The notes under the pieces were generated by a model. That model did not search any database. It saw nothing but the letters and a program-made list of their open reading frames with translations, and was not told where the DNA came from. This document shows, piece after piece, positions 60,827 to 64,000 of a DNA stretch of 64,000 nucleotides. How positions within the stretch are numbered: the first letter of the stretch is position 1; the number at the start of each line of letters is the position of its first letter. A program made the translations under genes and the position numbers. Origin of the DNA: Escherichia phage teqsoen; sequence record MN895436.1, one strand, 5' to 3'.

Positions 60827-60851
60827 TGCTTTAAAACTTTCATGGTATAAT
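60827..60851 (+). promoter_or_regulatory. Plus-strand middle-promoter-like motif (MotA box TGCTTTA, 12 bp, TGG-TATAAT), antisense to modA
   Basis: aaTGCTTTAaaactttcatggTATAATg on plus strand; no plus-strand ORF downstream. Confidence 0.3.
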
Positions 60852-60868
60852 GAATCTAAGTCCTTCCA

Positions 60869-61471
60869 TTATAGATTAAATCCTTCAAAATCAAGAGTAT
60901 AGATAGTGTATGTTGAATACTTTTTATACTCATATCTATCTGCAATTCTAAATACACTTCCAGCTGGTATCATTACTTCTTGTTCATCTGAAACTAATTC
61001 CATATTACGATAACGATGACTATCCGGAAACTTAAAGTTTGGATTGTATTCTTTACAGCGTAGAGCTTTTATAGCATACTCCTGGAAATTGAATACCATA
61101 GGAGCTTTGAATTCAAAAATAACTTGTGTGTTATACTCTAAACCGGAAGCAAAATGTAGAGCTATATTTTTATCATATGAAGCTGATACGACTTTATCAA
61201 ATGTAATAATATCAATTCCTTGATTTAATACTTGTTTAGTCTCAGCTGGAACACCTCTCCAAAGAGGTTTATCGTTTGGAACCAAACGAGATTTGATTAT
61301 TTCATTTAACCAAGTATGGTCATCTGGCTTATTAGTAATACAATGAATTAAAAGTTCAATTTCAGATAAATTAAACCCTTCAGAAAGTAATTCTTCACGA
61401 ATAGAAGCACGCACCGATGCATCCATTGATTTTATTTTAAAATCTTTTAGTTGCATTACTGAGTATTTCAT
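60869..61471 (-). CDS. modA: ADP-ribosyltransferase ModA
   Basis: 200 aa; ART-like R/S/E arrangement (WRGVP, VVSASYD, QEVMIPAG); T4 ModA length and position. Confidence 0.82.
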   Translation of the reverse strand: MKYSVMQLKDFKIKSMDASVRASIREELLSEGFNLSEIELLIHCITNKPDDHTWLNEIIKSRLVPNDKPLWRGVPAETKQVLNQGIDIITFDKVVSASYDKNIALHFASGLEYNTQVIFEFKAPMVFNFQEYAIKALRCKEYNPNFKFPDSHRYRNMELVSDEQEVMIPAGSVFRIADRYEYKKYSTYTIYTLDFEGFNL

Positions 61472-62091
61472 TCAACTACCTCAATATCATAAACTTTAAA
61501 TGTTCCAAACGAATCGTGTAATTTTTCTTTTGAAATAGAAGTTATTCTATACTTTCCAATTGGAATCATCCATTCTTGTTCACGCACAATCATCATTAAG
61601 TTATCAGTACGCTCTGAATCTAGCCCATCAGTATCTTCATACGTGTACTTGAACTCAGTATTAGGAGAAGAAAGTATAATATCGCTGATATGGTCAGAAT
61701 AATTAAAAGCTTTATCAGTTTTTAAGCGAAGTATTATTTTAGTAAAATATTCAGCATAAGAAAAAGAACATGCTGTGAGTAAACTAGTAGTAAATGAATC
61801 TACCCTGTTCGTTGAAAACACTTCTCCAACTTGTAAATCTTTAATAAGTTCTTCTGTTGATTTTGATATACCACGATATAACTGATAAGGTGATTTAGTT
61901 AAATGCTTTTTAATGATTTTATTCAACTGCCGATGAAGAGCTTCATTCTTTTTGGCTTCCATACATTGCCAAAGAACAGACTGCTCAAAATCAGTAAATT
62001 TTTCACAGACCTTTTTATACATATCATATTGAAAATCAACGCTTTCAGCTTTTATAGATAACTGTTCAACATCTGCAAGATTAATAATCAT
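61468..62091 (-). CDS. modB: ADP-ribosyltransferase ModB
   Basis: 207 aa; YRGISKS, FSTNRV, QEWMIPIG motifs; T4 ModB length and position. Confidence 0.82.
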   Translation of the reverse strand: MIINLADVEQLSIKAESVDFQYDMYKKVCEKFTDFEQSVLWQCMEAKKNEALHRQLNKIIKKHLTKSPYQLYRGISKSTEELIKDLQVGEVFSTNRVDSFTTSLLTACSFSYAEYFTKIILRLKTDKAFNYSDHISDIILSSPNTEFKYTYEDTDGLDSERTDNLMMIVREQEWMIPIGKYRITSISKEKLHDSFGTFKVYDIEVVE

Positions 62092-62117
62092 GATAGCCTC
62101 CGTATACTTCAGAAGCT

Positions 62118-62146
62118 ATCATATCATCGTTAGGAAGGAAAGTAAA
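62118..62146 (-). promoter_or_regulatory. Early promoter for modB/modA (-35 TTTACT, -10 TATGAT)
   Basis: Minus-strand TTTACT, 17 bp, TATGAT about 30 bp upstream of modB. Confidence 0.5.
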
Positions 62147-62158
62147 CAACTTTTTGAA

Positions 62159-62341
62159 TTATTTTGCCCAGGGAGCCCAAGGCGGAGGGTCAAGATGGTA
62201 TGAAGCTAGTTCTTCTAGAAGAGCATCTGGGGCTTCAATTCCATAATTCTGTAATACTATACGGTATTCTTTCTTATAATCACTAGAATCATTCTGGATA
62301 TTCGTAGAATGATTATCTTCTAACATCTCAAATAAATCCAT
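62159..62341 (-). CDS. Hypothetical protein (60 aa)
   Basis: ORF upstream of modB promoter. Confidence 0.4.
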   Translation of the reverse strand: MDLFEMLEDNHSTNIQNDSSDYKKEYRIVLQNYGIEAPDALLEELASYHLDPPPWAPWAK

Positions 62342-62349
62342 ACTAATTC

Positions 62350-62820
62350 CTAGCGATAAAAACCAAATTGACGATTAGCTTCAATAATCTTTCTTTCTTC
62401 TTCTGACATTCTCCAGCGTAGTCCAACATCAAAATGAGCCCAGACCATCTTAACAAATGCATTTATATCTTTAATATCTTCAATAATGAATGTTTTACTT
62501 TTGGAAGGCTGACTCGCTAATTTAACTTTATCGTCTTCAAACAGGTCAAAAAGACCATATTCATGAGCTCTTTTATAGCCTTTAATAGTTAAAGCTTCGG
62601 AAGAAGAAAATGGTGAATCTGTATTCTGCAAAATATCTTCAGTATGCTTTATAATTAGAATAACATTTTCTGGATATTTTCTTTCTTTTATATCTTTAAT
62701 TAAAAGATCCGGATTTTCTGCTAAAGGAATAATTAATGAGCACTTTTTATCAAGTGTATTTACTGATTTACCTTCTTTGGACATAAATTCTATTGAATAA
62801 TGTTTTGCTACTTCAATCAT
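62350..62820 (-). CDS. Hypothetical protein (156 aa)
   Basis: ORF; start overlaps stop of upstream small ORF. Confidence 0.5.
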   Translation of the reverse strand: MIEVAKHYSIEFMSKEGKSVNTLDKKCSLIIPLAENPDLLIKDIKERKYPENVILIIKHTEDILQNTDSPFSSSEALTIKGYKRAHEYGLFDLFEDDKVKLASQPSKSKTFIIEDIKDINAFVKMVWAHFDVGLRWRMSEEERKIIEANRQFGFYR

Positions 62821-62977
62821 GTGATTTCCTTTTGCCTACTAATGGACCGTCAGGAATTTTATTTTCCTGAATGTATTTTTCATTTTCTTCCATCATTTTA
62901 CTGCCAATTTTAAGAAGCAAATCCAAGGCTTCATTTGCTTTAGCCTTTGCCTCTTCTAACGTCATATCTTTGGTCAT
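62813..62977 (-). CDS. Hypothetical protein (54 aa)
   Basis: [54 protein letters not shown]; ATGA overlap with upstream ORF. Confidence 0.35.
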   Translation of the reverse strand: MTKDMTLEEAKAKANEALDLLLKIGSKMMEENEKYIQENKIPDGPLVGKRKSHD

Positions 62978-63177
62978 GATTTATCACCATAGATGTCTCT
63001 CATCAATTTAAGCGCTGAGCGCTCTAATTTCTTTTCTTTCTCAGCACTAATCATTGATTTCATCCATTCTTCCGATTCGTTCTGCATTTCTTTATTTGCC
63101 TGTTCAACCCAACCATCGTCAATATACATTGAGTTTGGTCTACTGAACCATTCAAGCATCTTCTTCAGAACTTTCAT
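62974..63177 (-). CDS. Hypothetical protein (67 aa)
   Basis: ORF in array. Confidence 0.4.
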   Translation of the reverse strand: MKVLKKMLEWFSRPNSMYIDDGWVEQANKEMQNESEEWMKSMISAEKEKKLERSALKLMRDIYGDKS

Positions 63178-63637
63178 TTGTTTTACCTAAAACAACAGTA
63201 GGAGCATCGTCAAATTCATGAATTTTTAGCAAATTTGGATGTAAACTATTCCATACAGAAGAAATAAAGTATGATAAAGCATCTTCACTCACAATTATAA
63301 ATTTATTTCCTTTATCTATTTTCCAGCTATATACTGAATCATACGAATAGAAAGATAAAGGTTTATCATTATATTGTTCTGCGCTAACATTAATGTATTC
63401 GGATTTAGTAAATGCTTCAATTGCTCTAAACGGAATATTTGGTACAGTTTCAATAATTCCGATCTTTTTAAGTTTTATTTCAGCATCTTCTGGAACTGGC
63501 ATTGAAACGAAATTTTCTACGAGATACATAGGATTACGATAACCCTTATCAATAATTACAGCTACAGTAATTGGAACATCTTTAGCAAATGACATGCTAT
63601 TACTGCTAATATACATTTCAAACAAAATCGCTTCCAT
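63152..63637 (-). CDS. Hypothetical protein (161 aa from internal ATG; start uncertain)
   Basis: Track ORF 63152-63670; trimmed to M12 to avoid overlap with upstream ORF. Confidence 0.4.
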   Translation of the reverse strand: MEAILFEMYISSNSMSFAKDVPITVAVIIDKGYRNPMYLVENFVSMPVPEDAEIKLKKIGIIETVPNIPFRAIEAFTKSEYINVSAEQYNDKPLSFYSYDSVYSWKIDKGNKFIIVSEDALSYFISSVWNSLHPNLLKIHEFDDAPTVVLGKTNESSEEDA

Positions 63638-63645
63638 AATTTTCC

Positions 63646-63978
63646 TCAATCGCAAGATGTAGATGAACAACTAGAATCACAAGAACTTCCACATGAATCA
63701 CCTGCCCATACATGAACAGGAACATTAGTGTCATATGAATCAGAACTAGATTGTGCATTAGATGATGTAGTAGGTACTGACCAGCGCCAAGGATTTTTAT
63801 AATATTCTTGGGCTTCTTCATAAGTCATAGTAACTGCTTCTACTGTTCCATCTCCCATATAAACATATTCAACTACAGTTAAAGGGAGGTAGTCATTTGA
63901 AATAGGAACTACACCTTCTCCGGGAGTTGTAGAGAAAAAATCCGTAAAGAAACTTTTAAACCAATTAAAGATAAACAT
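63646..63978 (-). CDS. Hypothetical protein with Cys/Ser-rich C-terminal tail (110 aa)
   Basis: C-terminus [18 protein letters not shown]; hydrophobic N-terminus. Confidence 0.45.
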   Translation of the reverse strand: MFIFNWFKSFFTDFFSTTPGEGVVPISNDYLPLTVVEYVYMGDGTVEAVTMTYEEAQEYYKNPWRWSVPTTSSNAQSSSDSYDTNVPVHVWAGDSCGSSCDSSCSSTSCD

Positions 63979-64000
63979 TACAAAAAGCCTCTTTTGAATT

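Overview
This window reads as a 64-kb stretch of a T-even (T4-like) Escherichia phage genome, and I did not find a clearly novel system; the best candidates for something undescribed are an ORF inserted between frd and td, a NADAR-like protein beside the ligase, tandem Alt ADP-ribosyltransferase paralogs and a plus-strand middle-promoter-like motif antisense to modA. All calls rest on reading the six-frame track and sequence by eye: no searches were run, and names come from recalled T4 protein lengths, N-terminal sequences and motifs. Gene order is: baseplate 48 (C-terminus)/54 on plus; then a long minus-strand early/middle block (alt x2, 30 ligase, 30.x ORFs, rIII, 31, cd, pseT, spanins, alc, rnlA, denA, nrdB, nrdA, td, frd, 32, 59, 33, dsbA, rnh); the plus-strand late tail-fibre module (34, 35, 36, 37, 38) and holin t; then a second minus-strand block (asiA, arn, motA, 52, stp, ndd, denB, rIIB, rIIA, 39, dexA, dda, srd, modA, modB). 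The phage is not T4 itself: td and nrdB are uninterrupted, gene 39 is one 606-aa ORF (no gene 60 split), and gp37/gp38 are the T2-type fibre with a glycine-rich gp38 adhesin. Non-coding DNA is dominated by sigma70-type early promoters (GTTTACA -35, 17-bp spacer, often TGG-extended -10), MotA-box middle promoters, TATAAATA late promoters and GC-rich tetraloop hairpins. No tRNA, rRNA, CRISPR array, transposase or integrase was seen. Minus-strand starts were refined to the first ATG with a Shine-Dalgarno where the track begins at TTG/GTG; promoter and hairpin coordinates are approximate to within 1-2 bp.
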